Shown piece after piece: positions 1 to 11,899 of a stretch of 41,813 nt of DNA (positions are counted from its first letter, which is position 1; every line of letters begins with the position of its first letter). The notes under the pieces were generated by a model. That model saw only the letters and a list, made by a program, of their open reading frames with translations. It was not told the DNA's origin and searched no databases. Both the position numbers and the translations under genes were made by a program. The DNA is from Rhizaria sp. SCN 62-66. Taxonomy: Eukaryota. The stretch is taken from NCBI GenBank assembly GCA_001724265.1, contig MEDY01000006.1, positions 124,001 through 165,813 of the forward strand, written 5' to 3'.

Positions 1-1
1 C

Positions 2-238
2 ATCTCCGCCTCCGCCGCGCTCGCCGCCGCTGCCGCCGCTGCCGCCGCGTCCAGCGACGCCAGCCGCGAGCTGGCGGCAGCCGCACGCCTTGCTCCGAGT
101 GCCGGCGGTGTCGGTGTTGGCGTCGGCGTCGGTGTGCTCGACGTGAGGCAGCAGGACGCGGCGCTCGTGGCCGCAGTGACGCATGAAGCGCTGGAACTCG
201 TGGCGTCGCTCTCTGAGGACGCGTGGCGATACGAGTGA
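2..238 (+). CDS. 3' end of a gene truncated by the window edge; Ala-rich, ends ...ALELVASLSEDAWRYE* (weak resemblance to the APC16 C-terminus)
   Basis: Frame 2 is open from base 2 to TGA at 236-238 with the same GC-rich codon style as the other genes; GC content drops sharply after the stop. Not in the ORF track because it has no start. Confidence 0.7.
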   Translation: MSASAALAAAAAAAAASSDASRELAAAARLAPSAGGVGVGVGVGVLDVRQQDAALVAAVTHEALELVASLSEDAWRYE

Positions 239-2305
239 AGTGCTGGCACGCATCTATTCGCGATTCATTCGACGCAAGTGGCGTCTACTTTGCTGTGTCA
301 TTTGTGAGCGTACTTGTGCAGTGGCAGCTAAATTGTCATGTTTACCTATTAAAGTAATGTTACCTAGCCGAAACACTCCCAGTGTGTATTGTCGAGTCAT
401 AATTTTTCAAAACTCACGCGCTTTATATTACCAAAAGCTGAAGTAAGTCACAAATGTACTCTACTTATTAATACAAGTGCTTTAAGGTCTATTTGTGACA
501 ACTTTGGCTACATAAGTACGTCCTATGTACAATAGCGGACGCTATTTCGACGTACAGGGTATTTGGCCCAAATCTGAAAGCCGTCAGGTCAGGAGGAAGG
601 CCGACACCATCCGTACACACGCTTATTAGATCAAAAAGTACGTGCTCACGATTGAAGAGCACCGGCGGGACGTATTCAGCGGTTGCTTAGTCGGTTACAG
701 CAAGTTCTCTGATGGGTGTGATGAGTGGATCATTTGGTCAACGGCACTGCGCGAGCTTATCTCAGTCATCGAGATTGTTGATGTGACATTAGAAAATATT
801 GAAGCTCGACTAGTGACTTCACATGCAATCTTTGACAATTTGTTTAAACAAAAAAAAAGTATGTCTACTAGTATGAGCTTCCATATACAATGTACATTGT
901 AAGCTTATAGATATACAAGCGGGGAGTGTCGTGCGGCGTTATGTGATGTTAAAACAAAGCGTGTATTAAATAATAAGGGCTTGTAGCTGAGAAGGTAGAC
1001 AAGGACAAGAGTACACAAGTGTACGATGTGCATTCCATGCTCAAACTGACAGTGAGACAAAAAGTATGAAAATAGTACTATTTAGCTTTGACAAAGCAAA
1101 TTGTGAACGTGCATATGATCACTGTCAATAAGTGCCTGGGTGGGCATGACGGACGAAACACGAACACGTGTCAGAAGTACTTCATCAGTTCGCTTACATG
1201 TACATCAAAGAAGTGATAAAGTAATTATGTAGACGCTTGTGGTTGAAAAGCAACGAAATATATAGTACAATACAGGATAACTAATTGTAGACAATTACAA
1301 CATATCGAAAATAATTTCGACATCGGTAGTGATTAATAGAATGACAAAAAGCGTGATGGATAGTTGGGATACTAATTGTGAAAGCAAAACAGCCACAACA
1401 AAAGAAACCAAAAAAGTTATCCTCTGGTTTGTGATCTGCTGAAGATGAAAAATAGACAACAGTAGAAGACTTGAGGGATAAAAGAAAAACGATGAAGAAA
1501 TACAAAAATGACCGCAACAACAAAACGAGCTCAATGAAACTATAATCAAGCAACCAAGAGACCGTGGAATCGCCATCAACAAAGTCACGGACGAAGTGAA
1601 GACCAAGTCGCAAGGAGCAGAGAACCAATCATATGCTTGCTCAGCCTTCAATGACAAGAAAATGAGTTGTTGTGGTTGTTGTTACCACTGATGAAGTTGT
1701 GGTTGTTCGTTCAATGGTAGGTGTGGTACAGACAATAAAAGGCAGACAAGCGCATGCAAAAGACTGACATAACTGACACAGGCAGAGATTGTGACGAGTG
1801 ATCGTCACTGACGTAATTGAGCTAAGCGAAGATAAGTGTCGCTTAGTTTTGAATTAGCTTACTTTAGTTTGAATTACTTTAGTTCAGCTTAATATCAGCG
1901 GAATGAATTGACTCGATTGCTTCTTTCGAATCACTGGTATCATTGAGCGTCATCGCGTTGCCTGTTCGACGTTGACATTGAACACGAGCACATTATGCAA
2001 GAGCGAGAGCAATAACAGCGAATGAAACAGCGAATAACAAGATACAAACACCAAGGGGCAAAAGACAAAAAGCGCAAAATATTCAATAAAACAAAGAATA
2101 ACAAACGATCACGGAAAAATATCTTAACAAAAAAATGAATCAAAGCAAAAAGCGGAAGTGAGAAAAACTCAAAGACGCACAATATACTATAAAAATGTGC
2201 GCGGTTCCGATGTACATGTACTTCGCAAACGACACAAACACTCAGTCTCATATCTCAACTGAGTTATCTGTTTGATCGAGTAGGTTGATGTATGTTGTTG
2301 CTCCT

Positions 2306-5300
2306 TTACTCAACAAACATGCGTCCCATGCAGTACACGTGAAAACCGGGGTTATTGGCAAAGAACGCCAGGAGATCTGCTCGCGCGATGGCAAACACGA
2401 CGCTCTCTTCGCTGGCAATCAGCGAGCATTGGTGCACGGCGCCCAGCTCGGGCCCGTCGAGCAGCGCCGTCATGTCGCCCACCAGCGCGCCCCGCACGAA
2501 GGGCGCGGCGTCGGGCGCGGCGTCGAAGACCAACGCGCCGTCCGAGACGAGGAACGCCGCGTCAGGCACGCCGCCCGTGACCCACAGCGGCTCGAAGGCC
2601 GCCACAGTGCGCTCCTGCAGCAGCGACATGAACGAGTTCTTCTGCGCCGACGTGAAGCGCGAGAGGATGGTGTTTTGCATCACCGTCTGCCACGTGCGCG
2701 ACGTGCGCTGGTCCGACAACGCGCGCAGGCGGGCCGCTATGGCCGTCTCGCGCACCAGGTACAGAAAGTCGGGCCGCGAGAAGGCGATGAGCTCGGTGCG
2801 CGTGGCGGCGACGATCGAGGCCGAGCGCGGGGTGCCGAAGAGCACTGAGAGCTCGCCGAAGTGGTCGCCCATGGAGATGTGGCGCACGAAGCGGGTGCCG
2901 ATGGTGACGGCGACGGTGCCCATGGAGATGAAGTACACCATTGCTTCGCGCGGGTCGTCGTCTAACGGGGTGCTCACGATCGTGGGCTTAGAGTCCGAGC
3001 TCGTCTTGCTATCATCACCGTCCGCCGCAGTCGTCGTAGAAGTGTTGACGTTGCTGTTGTTGCGCGTGCTTAAGATGTGGGTATCGCAGTCGCCCTCGAG
3101 GATGATCGCCTCGCCCGCGGGCACCGTGATAAACCGCGCGGCCTGGATCAGCTCCACAGCGCGGTGCAGCGGGAAGTCAGCCAGCCAGTCGAGCGCGAGC
3201 ACGACGTCGAGCACTTCGAGCGCGCGCGCGTCGGGCGCCGCGGTGTCGGAGATGACCACGGTGTGCTCGGGCCCCACGCGGCACATCTGCAATTGCGTCT
3301 CCTCGTACGGCGGGAACTTGGCCGGGTTCGTGTGCACGACGCGGAGGCGACGCTTGACGTCGTCCGGCAGCGCCTGCAGAGTCGAGATGGGCGTGTGGAT
3401 GGGCGGGACGCCGGCCTCGTGGAGGATGAGGTCGTGGTGCCACGGGAACTTGATCAGACAGTTCATGCGCTGCTCGGAAATGAGGCCGCGGTCGTAGAGC
3501 TGCTTGATCCCCGCAGGGTCGTTGAACGAGTCACCGGAATACACGAGCGACTTGCCATTGCAGTAGGCGGAGAAGCCGACGCACGGAATCGAGTGCAGCG
3601 CGTAGAAGAAGTTAAGCCGCCCGCCGTAGACGGTGACGGGCTCGCCCGGAATGACGGGGCGGAAGACGAAGAGCTCCTTGAGCAGGTCCTGCGAGAGGCC
3701 CGAGATGAGCGAGTACTTCTCGAGGAACATGGTGTAGATGACATCGGTCGTCAGCAGCGATACGCGGCCCTCTTCGAGGATCTTCTGGAACGTGCCGGCG
3801 TCGTGGTCGGCGTGGCAGTGAGTCAGAACCACGCACTTGATGAGGCGCGGGTGGATGCCGTACTGCTGCAGCAGGTAGGAAGCGTGCGGTGGGGGATCCA
3901 CCATCACGCCGCGGCGGTTCATCCAGATCACAAAACCAGTCGTCGTGCCCTACAATGTCAAACAAGAACAAGCGACAAAATAATCATGGTGAGAACGAAG
4001 AAGTGCAAAATGAAACAAAGCGTGTGCAAAATAAAAAAAAAAACGTTTTCTTCTTCGAAATAATAAGTTGTTGTTTCAGAGCATTTGATCCGTACCTGTG
4101 CGTCGAAGCCATCGGACACGCCGAGCATCGTAACGCCGAAGTGCGGGGGCACGAACGTCTGCTCGGGCTTGATGCCCGCGGCAGCGGACGCCGCGGCCGC
4201 AGCGGTCGCAGCGCGGGCGCGGCGGAACGCTGCGTCGTTGGTGACTGCGCTGTTGTTGTTGTGCGAAACCGTGAGCGTGGAGCAGGGGCTTGCGCCCGCC
4301 GCAGTGCTGGTGGCCGCCGCAGTGCTTGCGTTGTTGTTGCCGCTGTTGCTCGGGCTCGTCGCGGTGTTGATCACGAGCAAGTCGTTCGCGCTGCCCGTGT
4401 GCGCGTTGACGCCGTTCGCGCCCGCGCCGCCGCAGTTGCTGTCGTCGTTCGGCGACGCCGTGCCCGCCGCGACCGCCGCAGCGGCCGCCGCAGCGGCAAC
4501 CGCGGCCGCCGTGGCCGCGACACGCACGCCGGTGCTGGTGGTGCTGCCGGCCGCGGAGGCGACGATCGACGCGCGCCGGTTGCGCGCAGAGGCGGCGGGC
4601 GAGAAGGGGTTCTGCGCGACGGCGATGCTGCCGGGAGTGCCGTTGTTGTCGGTATTGATGATCGAGTAGCCGCGCGTGCGGCCGGGCGTCGCTGGTGGCA
4701 GTGCGGCGCCAGACGCGCCGCCAGAGGCCGCGGAGCTAGCTGCGGCGGGCGGCAGCGGCAGCAGCGCGGAGGTGGACGCGACGGGGGACGTGGCCTTGAT
4801 CGCCGCCATGGAGGGGGATGAAGGGTCCGCATGGCTGCTGTCGTGGCCGCCGCGCGCGCTGTCGCGCGCGCTGTCGGGTCCCGATGTCGGGTTGGCGGTG
4901 TTGCTGTTGATCGGCAGAGTGACTGTGGGGATGACGCCCGCCGCGGCCGTCTTGGGCGTGTTGCTGGCCGTGCTGTCGGCCGTGCTGTCGCCGCCAGTCG
5001 CGCCCGCCGTCTTGGACGTCGGACTGGTCCCGCCCGAGGCACTTGCACCCGCAGCGGCGCTGGGACTGCTCGCGTGAGCCGCGGCAGGCGCGGCAGCGCT
5101 CGAACTAGAATTAGAACTTGACTCAGTGCTACTAGTCGGGGCAGCGGCAGCGCCGGAGGCGGTGGTGCTGGTGGTGACGGGGGTTTGGATGATTTCCTTC
5201 GGTGCGGACGTGCGCAGAGCGGGGTGTGCCGGCGACAGAGCGACGGAGCCGGGGACCGTGGCGACGATGGCGCCTTGCTCCCAGAACACGAACTCGCCTG

Positions 5301-6469
5301 CGAGAGCAAGGTTGGGAAATAAAGAAAGGGAATGGAATAGAGTGAATGGTATAAAGAGAAAACGAGTGCGATGAAAAGCGCGATGATATAATGATACGTT
5401 TCATGGTGATGCGAGAGAATGTACGTACCACTCGGTGCGTCCTGCACGCAGACACCACTGCCCAGATCAGCGAAGCCGCCGTCGTCGAAGTGCACGAACT
5501 CAAGCACGGAATCCACGGTCAGCGGCGTGCGGTCGAACGGGTTGACGCGGAAGAAAGACATTTCCTTGTCCAGGTCTGGGTAGGCCTCCTTGGGCACCGC
5601 GGAGGAGTAGTACGGCGGCGGCTTGATCGACTCGGCGTCGGGACCCAGCAGCGTGAGCGAGAAGATGCGCCGGATCAGCGGCTCCGCCTCCGGGTGCACA
5701 ACCAGACGCACGCGCTGGCGCTTAATGAAGAATGCGAAGTAGGCCGGGAACTCAAATTCGGCGACTGAGATGCCCATTTCGAGGTTGAACCGCTCGCGCG
5801 GCAGCACGTACGTGGTCGGCAGCGTGAGTCCATGTGCCATCGAGTCCTTGATCGTCTCGGGCGGGCAGCCGACCTGGACGGGGCCGACCGTGGTGCTCAC
5901 GTAGGATCCGCCGCGCGGCAGCGCCACGACCGTCTGCGACTTGTCCGTGATACCCGCGCGCTGCAGACGGCGCTGCTCGCCCGCCACGGTGTTTTGCTTG
6001 CGCACGGACGCGACGTAGTCCTCGAGGGAGGACATGCCAGCGCTGCCGAGGCCGCTGCCGCTGTTGTTCAGCCTGTGAAAAGATAGTAAAACAAAAATCA
6101 TACGACGCAATTTGAGATAAAAAGAACATTGAAAGATGTAGGATTAGGTTCGAATAGAATGACTTTGATTGCATGTGACATGCTACGTACGGGTTGTTGT
6201 TTGTGGCGGAGCTGTGCGTGGACAGCAGCGCGGGCGTGAACCCGTTGCGTGACGGGAAGCTCGGCGTCGGCGTGGGATACCCGTGGAACGACTGCGCGAC
6301 CGACAGCGTGCTGCCGGGGCCGACGCCGGCGTGGAAGAGCATCCCGCCCGCGGCGGCCGGGGGCATCGAGGTGAACGACGCACTCGACGGGCTCTGTACG
6401 CCCGCGCCGTGGCTGCTGCACGTGCTCATCGCAACATTCGCGGTGTTATTAAAGCCGCCGCCGTTGTTA

Positions 6470-6502
<33 letters not shown>

Positions 6503-8173
6503 CAAAGCATGAGCGCGCTGCCGCCGAAGCCGCGGCTGTGCACGTGCGTCGGCGTGGGCGTTTTGGCAGACGCGGCGAGCGCGCTGCCGTACACGAAGCG
6601 AGGCGAGTTGGAGTACCCTTGCTGCTGTTGCTGCTGCTGGTACTGGAACTGGAGCTGCTGCTGTGCGGACGACGGCGACAGAGAGAGTCTATTGCTTGAG
6701 TAGTCGAGGTCGCTGTGGCTGCTGCTGCCGCCGGTGGTGGTGTTGTTGTTGTTATTGCCGGGGGTTGTCAGCAGCATCATCTGCGCCCCGTTGTTGGCCG
6801 CCGCGGCCGCGAGGCAGCCAGGGCACCCGGGGCCGGTGCACACGTCGTTCATTACGCTGCTGCTGCTGCTGCTGTTGTTCATGTTGGTATTGTTCAGCAC
6901 GGGCGTGGTGTCCGCGGTCGACAGCAGCAGCACGGTCGACGCCTCGATCGGCGTGTTGTTCAAGCTGTCGCTCTCACCGGCGCCCGCCGTGGTCGTCGCA
7001 GTGGCCCCGCCGGTGGTGCTGCTATACGCGTAGCTGTTGTTGCGCCGGTGTTGCTGCTGCTGCTGCTGTTGTTGCTGCTGATGCTGCTGATGTTGCTGCT
7101 GCTGCAGCTGCTGCATATCCATGGCCTGCTGCTGACGCGACAGCGTCTGCTTGACGCCCATGGCGACCGTGGGCAGCGGCCCGGGGGTCGAGGTCGTCAT
7201 GCTGGCGTGATCGTGGTCGTCGCCAGCTGACGAGTCGCCCACCGAGTCGAGCCCCACGTTGACGCCGACGCCCGCGCCGGTGCCCGCGCCGGGGCCGAAC
7301 GCGGCCGTGGCGTCGCTGCTGCTGCTGTTGCTGCTGACGCCAATGGCGAGCCCCGCAATGCTGCCCGTGACGATGTTGTACACAGTCGTGTTGGGGGAGC
7401 TGCTGTCGGCGGCGGTGTCGGGCGGCGGCAGCAGGTTGCTGCTGCTGTTGCTCGCCGAGTTGCCCATCGCGCCATTGCTGTTGATGCCCGTGTGCGTGTT
7501 GCTGTTGGCCAGACTGCTATTGCCGGCGTTGTGGCCCGCGACCGAGATGAGCGACAGCGACGCAGCCGAGGGCGCGCCGGGCATCGGGATCGGCGTCGTC
7601 GCCACGGGCAGCATCCCGCCCTGCTGCTGTTGCTGCTGCTGTTGACTGGCGGCGGCCTGGTGGTGGTGGTGCAGGTGCACGCTGTGGCCGTGCGCCGTGA
7701 CGCCCGCGCTGTGCTGGTGCAGCGCCACGGACCCCGGGCGGCTGCTGGGGCCGTAGTGGCCGTGTGCGCCGCCGCCGCCGCCGCCGCCAGTGTGGCCGTG
7801 CGCGAACTGGTGGCCGTGGCCGTGCAGGTGCGGGCCCGAGAGCAGCGAAGTCGAGTGCGCGCCGGGCGACGGCAGCGAGGGCGTCGCTGCCACGCGCCGC
7901 AGCGCCGCGATCGCGCTGCCGCTCACCGCGCCCGCGCTGCCGGTCGGGCCGCCGCTGCCGGCGACGCCAGAGACGCCGGAGCCGGAGCCGGCGCCCGATG
8001 CGAGGCCGCTGCCCGTGACGCCCATGTGCGTGGTGGCACCGCCGGACGCGGCGTAGGGGTTCGGGTTGGGTGTGGAGGAAATGCGGTGCGTCTGCAGCGC
8101 GGGGGTCGCGTTGGCGCTGCCCGCGGCGCCGTGCGCGGCCATCGACGTCGCCAACGGGGTCGACGGCTGGCTG

Positions 8174-8205
<32 letters not shown>

Positions 8206-11001
8206 TTGTTGGTGGTGCTGAGGGGTGCGGTTGTGGACGGCACCGAGGGCGCCGGTGGGTTGCACCTGCACCTGGTGGTGGATCTGGTAATGCTGGTAGT
8301 TCTGCACCGCTCCCTGGCCCTGGCCCTGGCCCTGCTGCTGCTGGAGGAGTTGCTGCTGGTGGTGAAAGAGGCTGTTGACGCTGCTGCGGCCGCTGCTGCT
8401 GTGCGTCTGGTTGAGCTGCACGCCCGGGCTCGAGCTGTTGTCGGCGTGGTGCAAGTGATACTGCTGCAGCTGCTGCTGCTGATGCTGATGCTGATGATGT
8501 TGCTGCTGCGGCTGCGTAGCCAGCGCGTGGCCGTGGTGCGACGGCGAGTGGCCGGTAGCCCCCGCGCCGCCGGCGAAGCGGTGCGTGGGCGTCTGCGAGA
8601 ACTGCGCCCCCGCCCCCGCCCCCGCGCCCGCGCCCGCGTTCTGGGACAGCGGGTGGCCGTGGGTCGCCGCGTTGACGTTGACGCTCATGCCGGTCGCGTT
8701 TACGTTCGCGGTGTTGTTATTGTTGTTGTTGTTGTTCGCAGCCGGACTGCCGTTATTCCCGTTGGGGCTGGTGGGGGTGGTGACCGTGGTGATGGTCGCC
8801 AGCGGGGAGCTCGGCGCGCGCGACAGCACCGTGGCCGCCATCTGCTGCCCGACACTGCCGCCGCTGCCGTTCTGACTGATGCCGGAGCCCGTGGCCGTGA
8901 GCGCAGCGGGCACGCGGGCTGTGGAGCTGTTGCCGCTGCCGGGGCGCGGCACCTGCGGCGACAGCTGGCTCGAGCCCGACACGCTGTGGCTGAGCGCGTT
9001 GTTGCTGTGGTTCGCGGCAGCGGCGCTGGCCAGCAGGGCGAGAGCGCCGCCGGGGGTGCTGCTAGCGCCGCTGCTGTTGCCGCCGTTGCCGCTGCCGCTG
9101 CCGCCGGCGCTGCCGGGGCCGGTACTGGGGCCGGTGCCCGTGCAGACGCTGCTGCCGCCGGTCGTGGTAGCCGCGATCGCGACGGACAGGCCCAGGCCGC
9201 CGCCGTTGTGGGTCCCGGCGCCGGTGCCGTTGGCGTTAGCGTTGGAGTGGCTGTGCGCGGGGGGCCGGCCGAGTCTATGGCCGGACCGGGTGGCCGACAG
9301 CACCGTAGTCCCGATGCCGTGGCCGTGGCCGTGGTGACCGTTGTTGCCGACGGCGAAATGGCCGTGGGCGCCCGCGGGGCTGCCGCTGCCGTTGGCGCCG
9401 TTGCCGTACTGGTAGTGGTGCTGCGGCGAGATGATCGGGGGCGCGGCAGTGTTCGCAGCAGTAGCACCGTTGCCGGCGCCCGTGGAACCGGTGGAACCCG
9501 TGGAACCCATGGGGCCGGTGGGGAACACGTGGTGCGCTCTAGATCTGCTCCCGCGAGCGCTGACGCCGCCACCCTGGCCCTGGCCCTGCTGCTGCGCCTG
9601 CGAATGCTGATGCTCTGGGTGGGTGACGGTGTCGAGATCGGACTCGGAGTCGTTGGCGTAGTCGTTGAGTCTCAGCATCACGTTGTTGCCAACGACACTC
9701 ACCAGCGGCTGCGGCGGCTGTTGCTGTTGCTGTTGCTGTTGATGTTGATGTTGCTGCGACTGGCTGTCACCGAAAGATCTGAACACAGGCGCACCGGCAA
9801 CCTTGGCTGCGTCCGCCGCAGCGGCAGCGGCGTCGGCGGCGTTGCTGGTGGCACCGGGCGACGTGCTGCTGGTGGCGGAGCCGGCGCGACTGGGCCGCTT
9901 CATGTTGGGCTTGAAGTTAAGCCGCGCGGCGTGCGCGGGCATGGTTATCGTCACCACCGGCTGCGGCTGCGGCAGCGGCTGCGGGTGCTGCTGTGGCTGG
10001 AGCTGATGCGGCAGCGGCTGCGGCTGCGCGGCGGGCTGCTGGAAGTGGTGTTGCGGCGAGTGGCGCGAGCCGGCCAGCGCGGAGCCGGTGCTGCTGTAGC
10101 TGTTGCTGGTGTTGTTGATGTTATTGGCGGCGGTCGCGGAGGCGAAGGAGGAAGCGTTGAACGTGTGAGACGTGTACGTCGGTGCCTTGCGGCCGCGGAG
10201 GCCAAGCCCGGTCATGCCTCCGCCGACACCGGCGCCGGCGCCGACACCGGGGTTGACCCCAGAGCCAGTGCCATTGCCAGTGCCGGTGCCGAGCGAGGCG
10301 GCGCCGTGGCTGGTTGCGACCACGGGGTGCGGGGAGCGGGACGTGGGCACGCGCCGCTGATTCTGCTGCTGGGTCTGCTGATTCTGTTGGTTGTTGCTGT
10401 AATGCAGTTGCTGAGTCTGCGGGTGGCCGTGCGCGACTGCAGCGCCGGCGAGCGCGAACGACGAGGTCGGGGACCCCGAGGCCGAGCTCGACGCCGACCC
10501 CGACGCGGCAGACAGCGCGGAGCTCGACGAAGAGGTCGTGGCCGAGACCGAGGACACGAGAGCGCCGCTGGCACAACTGGCACTGTTCGAGGCGCCTGAC
10601 GCGGAGGCGGGCTCGGCGCTGTGCAGGTAGCCGCCGTTGCCGACAATGTACGCGCCCGAGGCCGCGATGGGCCCCGTGGGGGCGTTGGAGCCGGCGCTGT
10701 TGTTGGCGGAGGCCGAAGACGAGGCGCGCGAGGAGCCGGTCGCCGACGTCGGCGCCGCGGCGGTGGCGGTGGCGGCAGCGGCAGTCAGGATCGCCAGGGC
10801 GTCGTTGTTGGCGCACGGCGCCAGCGAGCCCGCGGGGACGACGCGCGTGGGAACCGGACGGGCCATGTTCAGCGCGTTGCTGCCCGCGGTGGCACCCGCG
10901 TGGGCCGCGGTGCTGCAGCTGTGCGAGCTGTTGTCGCTGGAGCCCGGACCGTGCACGCCCGAGGGAACGGGCGCGGACGGGGGCGGGCCGGTGAACGACA
11001 T
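2306..11001 (-). CDS. Metallo-beta-lactamase-fold cyclic nucleotide phosphodiesterase with two C-terminal cNMP-binding domains (Dictyostelium PdeD/PdeE, GbpA/GbpB type), ~2766 aa, with a ~1600 aa low-complexity N-terminus
   Basis: Exons 11001-6191, 6072-5429, 5297-4096, 3949-2306 join in frame through GTACG..AG introns (8301 nt, TAA stop). Motifs: GPVQVGCPPETIKD, FGVTMLGVSDGFD, VMVDPP, THCHADHD (HxHxDH), ALHSIP, YSGD, HEAG..IHT, and cNMP cassette FGELSVLFGTPRSA. The exact start is less certain. Confidence 0.85.
3950..4095 (-). other. Spliceosomal intron 3 of the PDE gene (146 nt)
   Basis: GTACGG...TTGTAG, AT-rich; splicing gives DGFDAQ|GTTTGFVIW in frame. Confidence 0.9.
5298..5428 (-). other. 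Spliceosomal intron 2 of the PDE gene (131 nt)
   Basis: GTACGT...TCGCAG; splicing gives DAPSG|EFVFWE in frame. Confidence 0.9.
6073..6190 (-). other. Spliceosomal intron 1 of the PDE gene (118 nt)
   Basis: GTACGT...TCACAG; splicing gives NNNP|LNNSGSG in frame. Confidence 0.85.
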
Positions 11002-11899
11002 TGCGCGCAGACGGCCAGAGGGCGCACGGGGGACGCGTTAGACCGCTGCGGGGCAAAGCTCGTGTGGTTGAGCAATGAGCGAGGAAAGGATGGGAAAGAG
11101 GCCCGGGGGCGCGCGCAGGCGAGGGACGCGGGGTGTCGACGAGGGGAGAAAGCACGGGGGCCAAGGGAGGTTGCAGTGGGGTGGACGTTGGCGTGGGGGC
11201 GCAAAAAGAGATGGAAACGGCCTAAGTGCGTGTGTTCAGTCACTGTGAGCGAAACCGAAGTAAACCGCGGTGGTCTGAGACGAGAGAAGCGAGGCAGGAG
11301 AGAGGCGGCGTGGGGTGTGCCAAGGGCAGTGAGAGGGGGGTCAGTCTCTGACAATACAGTCAATAGTGGTAATGTTTAGAAATGCAGAAAAAATATGATG
11401 TACATCGGTGATCATGAAATATATCCGCGTTATTATTCCTGCATAACAGCGATCATATCCCCTCGGCGGGAAGCTTCTCAGTTACGTCTCCACAACACGC
11501 CTGCCGCCTTCTTATTCTTCGCTGACTGCGATCACCCGACCGAGCTCCAGTCAGCCCTGCTGGTCCGTTTGTGGTCAGCAGACTTTCTTGACCGACAACC
11601 GAACTTGCTGGACCTCAAAGTCAAGCCGACAGAGAGCTCAGGCGTGACCCTGACCGCGTAATTGCATTTCAGGGTCGTGGTTTTATTGTTTAGGGGATGT
11701 ATTAATATAATTAGATAAATCGCTGCGCTAATTTTCCTCCTCTGCCATAATAGTTTCACCAACGGTTTCTCTGCATCGTTTTGAACACTTTTGTTGCGAC
11801 CCCAGAAAACGGACTGCTGGTCCCTCCCATCCCCGCGTCTTCGCTTCTCCCCACCCATCCCCGTTCCGAGCGCACGTGCAACCTTTTTTGCGGCCTGCC
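11002..11899. promoter_or_regulatory. Divergent intergenic region (candidate bidirectional promoter) between the PDE and GAF-kinase genes
   Basis: 898 bp between opposite ATGs; C/pyrimidine-rich leaders on each coding strand with AT-richer patches between. No specific element identified. Confidence 0.5.

Noticed and set aside
580-606. GTCAGGTCAGGAGGAAGG, superficially like SRP RNA domain IV
   Set aside because: No GNRA-capped helix or flanking stems that I could build; the match is too short.
1843-1890. TTAGTTT(T)GAATTA imperfect repeats, telomere-like at first sight
   Set aside because: Only two to three degenerate copies and no G-run; a simple local duplication.
1281-2251. Hydrophobic minus-strand ORFs (1281-1628, 1295-1657, 1940-2251) and similar ones at 17116-17586
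   Set aside because: Phe/Leu/Cys-rich translations expected from T-rich non-coding DNA; codon style unlike the real genes.
7492-10599. 1035-aa + strand ORF and other long antisense or alternate-frame ORFs (12884-15139, 24984-28487, 22634-24025, 18640-19779)
   Set aside because: Shadow frames of GC-rich, codon-biased genes; translations are Arg/Ala/Val/Leu-rich with no recognisable motifs.
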